Made by a program: the position numbers and the translations under genes. From the sequence record OR513085.1: a stretch of 64,000 bases of DNA. One strand, written 5' to 3'. This document shows, piece by piece, positions 27,344-37,358 of this stretch; position 1 is the stretch's first letter, and every line of letters starts with the position of its first letter. Below the pieces are notes generated by a model, which saw only the letters and a program-made list of their open reading frames with translations, had not been told where the DNA came from and made no database searches.

Positions 27344-28576
27344 ATGGACAGTATTCAAATAAACAAAGCAGCAAAATTCGTAGTAGACGGCCACTGGTTC
27401 TCCAGGTCAAGATTCTCAGTTATCGGTATTGACAACAAAGACTTTACGTTCACTGATAACTTGGCTAGGGACAGAAAGCTTTTTATGTCAAAACTAACTA
27501 TGGACCTTTTTGCTGAACTTAGGAATCTTGGTCCGTTAGTAGACCAAGTTGTTATAGTTTCCGACTACATTTCTTGGAGAAAGCGAGTTAATTTCCTTAA
27601 AGCACCTTGGGATGCTCCTGTACTTGGAGAGGACCCGTCATACAAATCGCAAAGAACTTATGATAGCGAAGTTAACTGGGGCGAGATGCATAAATGTTTT
27701 AGCGACTGGGCTACCTTAATGCAACAGCATTTTAACATTCCTTATCAAAGATCATTAGGCTGTGAAGGTGATGACTGGGCATACATTATTTCAGACATTT
27801 ACATGCAAGCCAAGCAGAATGTTATTTTATTCTCTACCGATGGCGATATGGGTCAACTTTGCAGAACTAACGAAAATGGAAACTATACTGCGCTTTACAA
27901 AAAGAAACGTAAAAAAGTTCCGGGCGGCTGGAAATCTGAAAATCACTTAATCGCAACAGACAATACTATTTCAGCAATCAATAATACACATAGCCAAGTA
28001 GATGTATTTAGCTATGACCCTTCGTTTGTAGCACCATCCGAACATTTTCCTAAACACTTCCAGGAATTCCAGGATATTCTACCTGCAGCATTCTTACTTC
28101 ACAAAATTATTGAAGGTGATGGTAAGGATAACGTTTCACCACTAATGGTACGTAAAACTGCCAAGACTACTCAACGTCCTAAGTCACCACAAATTCATGA
28201 AGCATTAAAAGAATTTGGCTTAGACTGGAATACTGTAACATTCGACCACTTCTATCGCGAAGACTTCATCAATCACATGACTACATCTATGCATAACAAA
28301 GTAATGAAGATGGTTACATTACCAGACGACTACTTAACATTCTACAAAAACAAGTGGGTCGAAAACAGAAACTTACTTCACCTTAGCAATCGTGAAATTC
28401 CTATGAATGTTTACGATACCGCAAGAAAAGAAATTCAAACTAATGCCAAGCTTTTCGGTGAAAAAACTAACCTACTATCAAGCGGACATTATAAAGATGT
28501 TTTAGCTATAATAGGTGTCGAGGAACAGACTACAACAAAAGGTGGTACTGACCCATTTGCAGGACTTGGATTCTAA
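27344..28576 (+). CDS. rnh: RNase H / 5'-3' flap exonuclease (T4 rnh-like)
   Basis: VVDG, YKSQR, EGDD, STDGDMGQL, GDGKDNV. Confidence 0.85.
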   Translation: MDSIQINKAAKFVVDGHWFSRSRFSVIGIDNKDFTFTDNLARDRKLFMSKLTMDLFAELRNLGPLVDQVVIVSDYISWRKRVNFLKAPWDAPVLGEDPSYKSQRTYDSEVNWGEMHKCFSDWATLMQQHFNIPYQRSLGCEGDDWAYIISDIYMQAKQNVILFSTDGDMGQLCRTNENGNYTALYKKKRKKVPGGWKSENHLIATDNTISAINNTHSQVDVFSYDPSFVAPSEHFPKHFQEFQDILPAAFLLHKIIEGDGKDNVSPLMVRKTAKTTQRPKSPQIHEALKEFGLDWNTVTFDHFYREDFINHMTTSMHNKVMKMVTLPDDYLTFYKNKWVENRNLLHLSNREIPMNVYDTARKEIQTNAKLFGEKTNLLSSGHYKDVLAIIGVEEQTTTKGGTDPFAGLGF

Positions 28577-28593
28577 CAACAAAACTTACAATT

Positions 28594-28953
28594 ATGAAAG
28601 ACAATACTAAACGCAAATGGCTACACTCGTTTGGCTTAGCATGCATTTATGCTAACATTCTAGCATTGCCATTTTTAGCTTACAACATTTTTAAGTATCA
28701 AAAAGCTACTGAAAAATTTAAACAGACTACTATAGAAGTCAAAGCAATGTCACAAGTATTTGCTGCAGATGGCTACTTACTTGCGGTTACGCATTTCCTT
28801 GAATGCAAAGACGACCTAAAGTCTTTGCCAAAGATTTATCAAAACACATTAACTAACTACCAGGAAACTGGCATACTCATTACAAAATACCCTAAAGAAT
28901 GGACAGCAAAACCGTATCTCCAGCCAACCAAACAATCCCAGGAACACAAGTAG
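28594..28953 (+). CDS. Hypothetical membrane protein
   Basis: N-terminal hydrophobic helix. Confidence 0.5.
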   Translation: MKDNTKRKWLHSFGLACIYANILALPFLAYNIFKYQKATEKFKQTTIEVKAMSQVFAADGYLLAVTHFLECKDDLKSLPKIYQNTLTNYQETGILITKYPKEWTAKPYLQPTKQSQEHK

Positions 28954-29186
28954 ACATCTTAAAAATTGTAGCTAGCTCTAACGTTCAAGACTCAACAAAA
29001 CATTTACTACACCAAACAAACATCGACTTCAAAGTAGTCAGACAAACAAAAGTAATTGAGGCTGTAGACGAACTTAGGATTAAGCCACCAATTTTTATAG
29101 GCTCTATCGAAGCATGCCTAGCATTTGTGCAAGCATCGCATTCTGGCATTCTAGTACGTTCTAGTGCTAATAGCATTATTGACTAG
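28899..29186 (+). CDS. Hypothetical protein, weakly glutaredoxin-like without CxxC
   Basis: KHLLHQTNIDFKVV..KPPIFIG; start uncertain. Confidence 0.3.
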   Translation: MDSKTVSPANQTIPGTQVDILKIVASSNVQDSTKHLLHQTNIDFKVVRQTKVIEAVDELRIKPPIFIGSIEACLAFVQASHSGILVRSSANSIID

Positions 29187-29256
29187 ATGCAAAATATCTA
29201 AGTTGCTGTAACTTTTGCAGCAACTTAGTAACATAACAAAATATTTTAAATCATTC

Positions 29257-29760
29257 ATGGAAAACAAAAACAACAATATCTTTGGCACTGCAGAAGTTAT
29301 AACTACCGTCGATCTTTTTGGATTCGTAAAAGCTTTGTTAACTGACAAAGATATGTATGCCAAATTTACTTCGCAAGTTAAGGCTCAGCATTTTTTCATG
29401 ACTCAGCGTATGCTGTCCAAGCAATATCCTAGGCAAATGCAAAAGGCAAATGTACAAGGAATTGACCCAGTAGCAATTTTAGATTCTTATCATTTTAGGC
29501 TATGTAACCATGGACATAGACCGCCTCAATGGCTTTATGCAAAAGGTGGTAAGGAGGAAGTTGCTACAAAGGAACAAATGCTTTACAACAAAATAACAGA
29601 AGACAAAGCAGTTTACGAATATTTGCTAAAACAGTGGCAGATTGAACCAAAATCAGTAGAACAACTTATTGAATTGCGTTATGACCAGGTTACAAAAGAC
29701 TATGAAGAAGCTATTATAGCTATAGTCGGTCAGATGAAACGTAAGCGAGGCAAAGCATAG
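29257..29760 (+). CDS. Hypothetical protein
   Basis: Likely start 29257 within ORF 29215..29760. Confidence 0.6.
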   Translation: MENKNNNIFGTAEVITTVDLFGFVKALLTDKDMYAKFTSQVKAQHFFMTQRMLSKQYPRQMQKANVQGIDPVAILDSYHFRLCNHGHRPPQWLYAKGGKEEVATKEQMLYNKITEDKAVYEYLLKQWQIEPKSVEQLIELRYDQVTKDYEEAIIAIVGQMKRKRGKA

Positions 29761-29799
29761 TAACAAAAAATCGGGACATATTTTAAAATTCAACATAAA

Positions 29800-30789
29800 A
29801 TGAGTAAACCAACTTACAAGGCTGATATTGCTAAGGAGTATATTGCAAAATTTCCAAATAGCACGACTGCTGCTATTTCAAGGAAAATGTATGAAGACTA
29901 CCCATCCTACTGGGCAACTCCTGAATCAGCAAGATCAATTGTACGTACGTACCGCGATGGCTTAGGCGGTAACCACGAAACCGTGAGAACTGAAGCCGAC
30001 AAGAAACATGCTATGGCACATTTCGCAATTCCGCAAACAGACTACAAAGAGTTAGAAGTTTTCAGAATTCCGTTAGAGCATAACAAACCTTTATTACTTT
30101 CTGATGTTCACGTTCCTTACCATTCAATAGAGGCTGTTGAAGCTGCTTTGGCTTATGGTGAGAAAAAGCAAATGAATGCAATCTACCTTAATGGTGACTT
30201 TATGGATTGCTACGGAATTTCAAGGTTTGTTAGAGACAGACGTCTTAGAGACATGGCTGGAGAATTGGATATGGTCCAAGAATTCCTACACACGCTTAAA
30301 GAAAGATACCAACTACCAATCTACTACAAGCTTGGTAACCACGAAGACAGATGGGAAATTTTCATGAGAACACAAGCTCCTGAGTTATTGAACATTCCTG
30401 AGTTCAGATTGGAAGAAGTCCTACACTTCGACGAATTCAACGTAACAGAAGTAAAATCAAAACAAATTGCTAAAGCTGGTAAGCTTAACGTTCTGCATGG
30501 CCATGAATTTGGGCATTCAGTATTTAGCCCAGTTAATCCGGCAAGAGGATTGTATATGAGAGCCAAAGAAAGCTCAATCATAGGACATCACCATCAAACT
30601 TCTGAACATTCAGAAAAGTCTTTGAACGACAAAGTTGTTACTTGTTATTCGACAGGTGCGTTATGCGGGCTTAAGCCTGATTATATGCCACACAACAAAT
30701 GGAATCATGGCTTTGCTATGGTTGAATTTGATGCCGAAGGTAACTTCTCCGTAGACAACAAACGAATCATTGATGGTTTAGTTAGATAA
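29800..30789 (+). CDS. Calcineurin-like metallophosphoesterase
   Basis: SDVHVPYH, NGDFMD, GNHE, HGHE, GHHH. Confidence 0.88.
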   Translation: MSKPTYKADIAKEYIAKFPNSTTAAISRKMYEDYPSYWATPESARSIVRTYRDGLGGNHETVRTEADKKHAMAHFAIPQTDYKELEVFRIPLEHNKPLLLSDVHVPYHSIEAVEAALAYGEKKQMNAIYLNGDFMDCYGISRFVRDRRLRDMAGELDMVQEFLHTLKERYQLPIYYKLGNHEDRWEIFMRTQAPELLNIPEFRLEEVLHFDEFNVTEVKSKQIAKAGKLNVLHGHEFGHSVFSPVNPARGLYMRAKESSIIGHHHQTSEHSEKSLNDKVVTCYSTGALCGLKPDYMPHNKWNHGFAMVEFDAEGNFSVDNKRIIDGLVR

Positions 30790-30812
30790 TAGCATTAACT
30801 ACTTTGAATTTT

Positions 30813-30915
30813 AAAATGCCACTTTGCATTACTATGACGGAAACGTTAAAGTTATGTTAAAGTGGCATTTTTGTTTTCATATGTCAAAAATTATGCTTAT
30901 ATTTACATATAATTA
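30813..30915 (+). promoter_or_regulatory. Long hairpin + promoter cassette, TATATTTA class
   Basis: 59-nt stem-loop with GAAA tetraloop; ttttcatatgtc-N12-tatattta (30898-30905). Confidence 0.7.
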
Positions 30916-30931
30916 AAAAATCAAAAACAAA

Positions 30932-31393
30932 ATGAAAATCAAAATCGCATCGGCAAATTTCAAAAAATATAACGAACTAAATGGAATGCAGAAACTTGAT
31001 AGTTTCTTAACTGACCATGAAATTTACGAAGGTGAAGAAATGACAGTTTATCATCATACAGTAGATGACTGGAGAAGGCTTCCTGTAGTAGACAATGGCA
31101 GAAATGTTGGTGAAATTAAAGTTTCTTGTGATGGTGCATATGCTGCATTCCTTGGAAATGATGGTTCCGTAAAATTAGCAAAATCTCCTTACCAACTTTA
31201 TGACAGATGGCTTAAGGCCGGTTCAAACCGAATAATGCTTGCAAACTATAAGCCTTTCGAAGGTAGAACTGACTTCTATGGAGCTCCTTGCGAAGAACCT
31301 GCTTGGATTGCAGAAGGTTATTGGGAACTTAAAGGTAGAGGAAAGCAAATTGTTATTACAAAATTCCAAGAAACTGAAGCTATTTTCGCATAA
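30932..31393 (+). CDS. Hypothetical protein
   Basis: First gene after the promoter. Confidence 0.6.
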   Translation: MKIKIASANFKKYNELNGMQKLDSFLTDHEIYEGEEMTVYHHTVDDWRRLPVVDNGRNVGEIKVSCDGAYAAFLGNDGSVKLAKSPYQLYDRWLKAGSNRIMLANYKPFEGRTDFYGAPCEEPAWIAEGYWELKGRGKQIVITKFQETEAIFA

Positions 31394-31412
31394 CCTAAAA
31401 ATTGATAAAATC

Positions 31413-31649
31413 ATGGCAAAACAAGAAACCGGACAATTCCAAAACAGACGAACTCCATTTGTAGCTACAGTATTTGGCGAAAACAGAACTTTGCTGTACT
31501 ACACTAATGTAGATAACAAAGAAGCATTAGAAAAACAATTCTGCGAACCTAACCAAGTGCATGTTTCTGAACTTAGGTTCAAGGATAACGACGATGCATT
31601 CTATGTAGCAGTAAATGAAATAGCTAACAAAAAATACTTACAAAACTAA
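31413..31649 (+). CDS. Hypothetical protein
   Basis: Likely start 31413 within ORF 31239..31649. Confidence 0.55.
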   Translation: MAKQETGQFQNRRTPFVATVFGENRTLLYYTNVDNKEALEKQFCEPNQVHVSELRFKDNDDAFYVAVNEIANKKYLQN

Positions 31650-31654
31650 AAATC

Positions 31655-31942
31655 ATGACAAACTTAGAAACTATAAAAGCAATAATTTATTTAGCACTGG
31701 GTATGCTAGCGGTTTTACAATATGTAGTAATTGTACTATGCAAATTAATGTACAATAAATCGCATTCTGGCGAACTACTAAACTATCGTACTCGCAAAGA
31801 ATTTTGGCTAGATTTGATTCCATTTTACGCAATATACACGTTTAGCAAGGAATATAAGCCATTTGCAGTAATTTTCAGGTTTTATACAGACATCAAAGCT
31901 AACGAAAACAAAACTAAAAATATCAAAACTCATGACAATTAA
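31655..31942 (+). CDS. Hypothetical membrane protein
   Basis: N-terminal TM helix. Confidence 0.5.
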   Translation: MTNLETIKAIIYLALGMLAVLQYVVIVLCKLMYNKSHSGELLNYRTRKEFWLDLIPFYAIYTFSKEYKPFAVIFRFYTDIKANENKTKNIKTHDN

Positions 31943-32300
31943 TAGCAACGCGCTAAACCTGCCAGAAACGCTAGACTTCAAAGCATTTGATTGCAAAAGA
32001 AACGCTTACGTCGATAATTTTGAAATTCTGATTAACGTAACACCTGGAGAAGGCACCACTATCAAAGTCATTCCAAATGGTGAAGAGTACTTTGGCGACG
32101 AATGCATGCAACAAGGCTGGGTTGACAAAAACCACAGATTTATCATTGACGTTTTTGAAAAACGATCTACTATGGAAATTGAACATGTTAGGCTTTACGA
32201 AAAGATGGAACGCAATTCAAATTACCATGCCACGCATAACTTAACAGGCAACCAGTATGTACGATATAACCGAAATAACACAATTAACGATAAAGACTAA
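31932..32300 (+). CDS. Hypothetical protein
   Basis: 122 aa; FKAFD start resembles YopX-like N-termini (weak). Confidence 0.5.
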   Translation: MTINSNALNLPETLDFKAFDCKRNAYVDNFEILINVTPGEGTTIKVIPNGEEYFGDECMQQGWVDKNHRFIIDVFEKRSTMEIEHVRLYEKMERNSNYHATHNLTGNQYVRYNRNNTINDKD

Positions 32301-32303
32301 ACT

Positions 32304-32636
32304 ATGTCGAAGCGTAACAACCGAATAGCTAACAACAAAGAGTGGCATAACTACCAAGAAGCTTTAGCTACAGTAAATGCGTACAAATCTAAGCGTGAAG
32401 CTAAACAAAATGAACGTAGCATACTTAGACATTTAAATAATGCTTGGCCTAAAGATAATGCAGAGCTACTTAAATTGCGAAAGCATAGACTAGCTAACGT
32501 TAAGCGTGAGTATGCTGAACTACGTTATCATATTGATCACGTAGAAACTAACGAAATAAACAAAGAATTTTACGAAGATCATATACTAACGTTAAGGTCT
32601 GAAATTACGAACTATTTAAAAGCAATTTATTACTAG
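32304..32636 (+). CDS. Hypothetical helical protein
   Basis: 110-aa ORF. Confidence 0.5.
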   Translation: MSKRNNRIANNKEWHNYQEALATVNAYKSKREAKQNERSILRHLNNAWPKDNAELLKLRKHRLANVKREYAELRYHIDHVETNEINKEFYEDHILTLRSEITNYLKAIYY

Positions 32637-32637
32637 C

Positions 32638-32856
32638 ATGAACAATCTAACAAACTTAATTAAGCCTAACGTAGAGTTAGTAGTTACGCTGCTAAAGGAC
32701 TTCCATCCTGATGCTAAAGACGTAATAACGTTGAACAGCTCGGACGTTAAGCGTTACAGAGGTACTGGCTATGGCTGTGTTATTGAATTGACTAATGGTT
32801 TTACTTGGTCAGTTTCAGAAGACTGGGATATCGTCGATGGCGCATGGTCTATTTAA
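32638..32856 (+). CDS. Hypothetical protein
   Basis: 72-aa ORF. Confidence 0.5.
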   Translation: MNNLTNLIKPNVELVVTLLKDFHPDAKDVITLNSSDVKRYRGTGYGCVIELTNGFTWSVSEDWDIVDGAWSI

Positions 32857-32860
32857 AATG

Positions 32861-32947
32861 AATATAAATTGCAACTGTTTGTTAAAATAGTTGCAATTTT
32901 GTTTTAATATGTCTAAAATTATGCTTATATTTACATATAATTTAAAA
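32861..32947 (+). repeat. 87-bp hairpin+promoter direct repeat, copy 1
   Basis: 80/87 identical to 35135..35221. Confidence 0.9.
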
Positions 32948-32963
32948 GATAAAATCAAACATT

Positions 32964-35099
32964 ATGACACTAGAAAGCATTACATTACTTGATGAAAACG
33001 AAGAATTTTTGCCAATAACTGCAGAACAAGTTGACTTCATTATAACTACACTAACAAATGATAAGCTTAAACTTAGAGAAAGCCAACCTGCTATAGTTGC
33101 ACAAATATTCAACAACTTAGTAACCAAGAAACGCCAATTACTAGTAGCACCAACAGGTTCAGGAAAGTCATTTATTGCATTTGCATTATCTTTGCTTTAC
33201 AAACATTTTGGTGATCGTAAAACTTTCATTATCACAAATACTAAGCAATTACAATCGCAATATGAAGAGGACGCCGAATATTTGAATTTGTCATTTGGTA
33301 ACATTACTGGAATTGACAATTACAAATGCTCAGTTAATGGTGATACTTATTCACTTGGACATTGCAATGTTAATTTAGGAATGAAAACTATAGCACAAAA
33401 GAAAACTTTAGATTGCTATGCTAATTGCGACTACCTTCAAAAACGTACAAAATCTGCAAAGTCTCACATTTCTGTAATGAACTACAGCTATTGGTTAATT
33501 CAGCAAAATTACGTTAAGGATAGAATGCATAATCATACTTTTGCTACAAGACCTCTAACAATTTTTGATGAGTGTCATAACATTCCTGACATTGTACAAA
33601 ATCATTTTGCTGTTAACTTAAACTCAAAATACATTCTAGGAATCCTGGCAGATGCTGGACATCATGTAAATGTAGGTAATGTAGCATTCGATAATGCTAA
33701 AATGGCTTGTGATATTGTTAATAAGTCAGTAGATTTGGCTAAAATATCTACAGGACTACAAATTTTACAAGGAACTTTATCAAAATACATGAATGAGTTT
33801 AAGAAAATCCTGGCGGATTATCAATCAAGCTATGATTCTAAAAACTTTGCAGTTAATCGAATAATGCATAACAGAATGTCAGCATTTGACAAAATAAAAG
33901 ATGTACATTGTAAAATTGAAGACTACAACGAACTTATAGCAGAACATGGCATTCAGTACATTGTTAAGGATGGTGATGGTGAAACTTGGTCAAAGCTTAG
34001 ATTTGCAAATGACATTGCACTTATAGCATTAAATGTTAACAAACATACTAAACATTCTTTGTATATGACTGCTACTGCAGGAAATGCCGAACTTTTGGCA
34101 AAATCATTAGCTTTTGGTGACCCTGACAATTATGACATTATTGAAATGGAAACTGACTGGGATTTTGACAAATCACCAATTTATTTTGTACCAGGCTCAG
34201 GCAAACTAACATTTCACCAATTTGATGAAAACATTGATTCTGTAATTTCAAGCATAAAGGATATTGCAAAAACACACAAAAACGAAAATGGCTTAATACA
34301 TTCAAGGTCATACAAACTAACTGAAATGCTTTCAGAATCTTTCAGAGGTTTAAAACTTCATGCAATACAAACTCATTTTGATTCTGCCGGAAAACTAGAA
34401 GCTTTGAATGCTCAGAAAAATGTTAATAAGCCATCAATTGTAATTTCGCCATCAATGCATGAAGGTACTAACTTCAACGATGATATGGCAAGATTCCAAA
34501 TTATGGCCAAAATGCCTTATGCAAATCCTCATGACAAACTTATAAGAAGGCGAAAAAAGTTCATGCCAGAATACATGGAATTATCTGAAGCCATTCATAT
34601 TGTTCAAGCATTAGGAAGACCTGTTAGACATAAAGATGATTTTTGTACAACTTACCTAGTTGACGCATCGTTTTCAAAAGAACTTGGCAAACTAGTAAAA
34701 CACTTCCCTAACCTAAAATCTAGGCTTAAAGTTCAAAATGAAAAATTAAACGAAATTGCCAAAGCTTCAGGACTTTCAGAATTTACTGCACTTATGGCTC
34801 TTTGCAACCACAAAGATAATGAAACTGCATATTTTTCAAAAGAAATGCTAGAGGATGGCAATGTTAAATGGACAAAATTCAGAATTAGAACCAGAAAAAT
34901 AAACCTTGAATTAGCAATTGATGAAAGTTTTGCAATCTATGATTCCGAAAACAACATTGTAGAAAAAGAAGTTTACACAAAAACTTACAAGGTTGCACTA
35001 AATGATTTTGTAGAAAAATTCATTCCAGAAAACAATATAAGCCAAATGCATTCACCATTTTTTAAAACAACCGAAAAACTTGAATTTGCTTATTTATAG
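32964..35099 (+). CDS. dinG: DinG/XPD-family SF2 helicase, probable Fe-S cluster
   Basis: APTGSGKS, four Cys after GIDNYKC, MNYSY, IFDECHN, MTAT, EGTNF, QALGRPVR. Confidence 0.85.
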   Translation: MTLESITLLDENEEFLPITAEQVDFIITTLTNDKLKLRESQPAIVAQIFNNLVTKKRQLLVAPTGSGKSFIAFALSLLYKHFGDRKTFIITNTKQLQSQYEEDAEYLNLSFGNITGIDNYKCSVNGDTYSLGHCNVNLGMKTIAQKKTLDCYANCDYLQKRTKSAKSHISVMNYSYWLIQQNYVKDRMHNHTFATRPLTIFDECHNIPDIVQNHFAVNLNSKYILGILADAGHHVNVGNVAFDNAKMACDIVNKSVDLAKISTGLQILQGTLSKYMNEFKKILADYQSSYDSKNFAVNRIMHNRMSAFDKIKDVHCKIEDYNELIAEHGIQYIVKDGDGETWSKLRFANDIALIALNVNKHTKHSLYMTATAGNAELLAKSLAFGDPDNYDIIEMETDWDFDKSPIYFVPGSGKLTFHQFDENIDSVISSIKDIAKTHKNENGLIHSRSYKLTEMLSESFRGLKLHAIQTHFDSAGKLEALNAQKNVNKPSIVISPSMHEGTNFNDDMARFQIMAKMPYANPHDKLIRRRKKFMPEYMELSEAIHIVQALGRPVRHKDDFCTTYLVDASFSKELGKLVKHFPNLKSRLKVQNEKLNEIAKASGLSEFTALMALCNHKDNETAYFSKEMLEDGNVKWTKFRIRTRKINLELAIDESFAIYDSENNIVEKEVYTKTYKVALNDFVEKFIPENNISQMHSPFFKTTEKLEFAYL

Positions 35100-35134
35100 T
35101 ACATAGTACAATTGATAGCTTGCTATCTATAATC

Positions 35135-35221
35135 AATATAAATTGCAACTGTTTATTAAAATAGTTGCAATTTTGTTTTCAGATGTCAAATAAAATGCTT
35201 ATATTTACATATAATTTAAAA
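35135..35221 (+). repeat. 87-bp hairpin+promoter direct repeat, copy 2
   Basis: 80/87 identical to 32861..32947. Confidence 0.9.
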
Positions 35222-35232
35222 TCAAAAACATC

Positions 35233-35466
35233 ATGAATAAATTAGCACAATTATTAGGACGACTATTTGCAGGACCTGAACCAATCAATCCTTATTCAGA
35301 GGTTAAAACTGTAAATGTAGATGCTACAGTACATCCGGAAAATAACGTAACTGTCGGAGAACATCTAGGCATAAACCATGCAGGAGTTCAGCATGACATT
35401 CACTGGAACAACCTTAAAGGAGACTTCCGTACAACTTCACCAAACGAAATGCTATTTAAATACTAA
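35233..35466 (+). CDS. Hypothetical protein
   Basis: First gene after the promoter. Confidence 0.5.
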   Translation: MNKLAQLLGRLFAGPEPINPYSEVKTVNVDATVHPENNVTVGEHLGINHAGVQHDIHWNNLKGDFRTTSPNEMLFKY

Positions 35467-35479
35467 CACATACAAAACA

Positions 35480-35779
35480 ATGAGTAATATTTTATATCAC
35501 GTAACAACGCAGCCGGTAGAGGCTAGGAAAATTACTACTGACAGATTGGTCATAACTCATATTGCCGATGTAGCTAAAATGCTTAAAGATTCCGATAATC
35601 CTGGCAAAGACATTAAAGTACGATTTGCTAGAGAGGGTGAGCTATTCAAAACTCTAAAGAACATGGATGTTGAGGATTTTGACGACGAAGGATTTGCTTG
35701 GCTTTATGACTTACCGGAGTGGATTGTAAAACGCCACTTTTCTAAAACAGTTTACGCTTTTTATTGTAGAACTAACTAA
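35480..35779 (+). CDS. Hypothetical protein
   Basis: Likely start 35480 within ORF 35378..35779. Confidence 0.55.
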   Translation: MSNILYHVTTQPVEARKITTDRLVITHIADVAKMLKDSDNPGKDIKVRFAREGELFKTLKNMDVEDFDDEGFAWLYDLPEWIVKRHFSKTVYAFYCRTN

Positions 35780-35795
35780 AACAAAACATCAATAC

Positions 35796-36317
35796 ATGAA
35801 ACTTTTAATAATAGGTCACGCACAACACGGTAAAGACACAGTAGCCGATATTATGGCTGCTAAACTAGGACTTTCTGCAACATCATCTTCGATAACTGCA
35901 ATCAACCACTGGATTTACAAAAACCATGGAGAACGTTTAGGCTTTACTTCGCCTGAGGATATGTACAAACGTAGAGGTGAAATTCGCAAATTCCTTTTTG
36001 ACGAAATTGTAGCTTTTTGTTCACCTAACTTAGCTGCACTAGCCGAAGTTCTTTTTGAAAAACATGACATTTATGTTGGTTGTAGAAATGCTGATGAAGT
36101 CAAAGAAATTCAAAACAAAGGCTTAGTAGACTTAATAATTTACGTAGATGCTTCAGAACGTAAGCCTATGGAAAGCAAAGAGTCTTGCAACATTACAAAA
36201 GACTTGGCTGATATTATAATTGACAACAATGGTAGCTTGGCAGAGCTTAGGTTTCGCTTAGCTAGCCTTTGCCACATATTAAACCACAACAACAAACGTA
36301 ACGTTACAACTCAATAA
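35796..36317 (+). CDS. Deoxynucleoside monophosphate kinase (T4 gp1-like)
   Basis: N-terminal P-loop IIGHAQHGKDTVA; GCRNADE; IDNNGS. Confidence 0.7.
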   Translation: MKLLIIGHAQHGKDTVADIMAAKLGLSATSSSITAINHWIYKNHGERLGFTSPEDMYKRRGEIRKFLFDEIVAFCSPNLAALAEVLFEKHDIYVGCRNADEVKEIQNKGLVDLIIYVDASERKPMESKESCNITKDLADIIIDNNGSLAELRFRLASLCHILNHNNKRNVTTQ

Positions 36318-36324
36318 CAACATC

Positions 36325-36573
36325 ATGAACTTTAATAAAGACAAACAACCTAACGAATTTTACGTAAAGCTTAAACAGGCTTTAGTAGTCATAACGTTAT
36401 TAGTAGTTACGTTCTTGCTAATAGGAGCTTTTAGCGAAGGAACGTTTAGCATATCAGAATGGAACAAAACAACTAAATTCTACATTAATGCAGGCACGTT
36501 AATTTCGATTATTTGGGTTGTTTTGTTCTTTACTAAGGACGATAACAACAATAGCGGTCCGCAAGGAACATAA
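36325..36573 (+). CDS. Hypothetical membrane protein (2 TM)
   Basis: Two hydrophobic helices. Confidence 0.55.
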   Translation: MNFNKDKQPNEFYVKLKQALVVITLLVVTFLLIGAFSEGTFSISEWNKTTKFYINAGTLISIIWVVLFFTKDDNNNSGPQGT

Positions 36574-36588
36574 AAATATACAAACATT

Positions 36589-37305
36589 ATGGGATGTCAT
36601 ACATGGGTCTATGCTAACAGAAGGCCTTACGATAAACAAAAAGTACAGGAAATTGCAGAAGCTAATGCAAAACGACTAAACGCTGAATACGTTATGCTAA
36701 CTACGTTCATCGACAAATGTACGTATGACAATGCATATTTGTCAAGTGTTAAAAGCCAACTAGAATTTGTTTTAGACTTACATAATGCAGCTTTTACATG
36801 TAAAACTTCCGAGCATAAAATAGCTATAGCTAAAGTTGCCGACTACTTTGAAAGCTTTGAAGACAAAGAGCTAGGTAAATGTTTGGAATACATTTTCTAC
36901 AATTCTGGCATTTATAAACGTATAGACATTTTGTCAGGTAAGTTTATTGAAAAATTTAAAGCATTTTTAAGTCAATGTGAGCCGCATAATACTGCAGAGG
37001 ATTTGTTTGATGGTTCAGTTGCTGAGTCGTTAGGCTTTTCTGCAATGGTACAATACGCAATAGACCATGAAAATTGTACGTTTGCTTTAGAGGTCGAATA
37101 TCATGACCCATTCAGATTCCATGACTACGATGCACCAATTTTCTTTTCACGTGATGTATTAATTGCGTACATTAAGCAAAAGCCTGACATGCTTTACTAC
37201 TACGACGCTCCAAACGCTACGGAAGCTGAACGTTTTAAACGACTTAATGCTAAGCTTGATGAAATGTATGCAAAATATCCTGACTTAATAATTGAATTTG
37301 GGTAA
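36589..37305 (+). CDS. Hypothetical protein
   Basis: 238 aa; MGCHTW start, EFG end. Confidence 0.6.
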   Translation: MGCHTWVYANRRPYDKQKVQEIAEANAKRLNAEYVMLTTFIDKCTYDNAYLSSVKSQLEFVLDLHNAAFTCKTSEHKIAIAKVADYFESFEDKELGKCLEYIFYNSGIYKRIDILSGKFIEKFKAFLSQCEPHNTAEDLFDGSVAESLGFSAMVQYAIDHENCTFALEVEYHDPFRFHDYDAPIFFSRDVLIAYIKQKPDMLYYYDAPNATEAERFKRLNAKLDEMYAKYPDLIIEFG

Positions 37306-37358
37306 CATACAGGACCTTTATTTTAACCTAAATTAAGGTATAATATTAAAAATTGAAC

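Noticed and set aside
28899-29186. Functional glutaredoxin
   Set aside because: Resemblance is weak and the CxxC motif is absent
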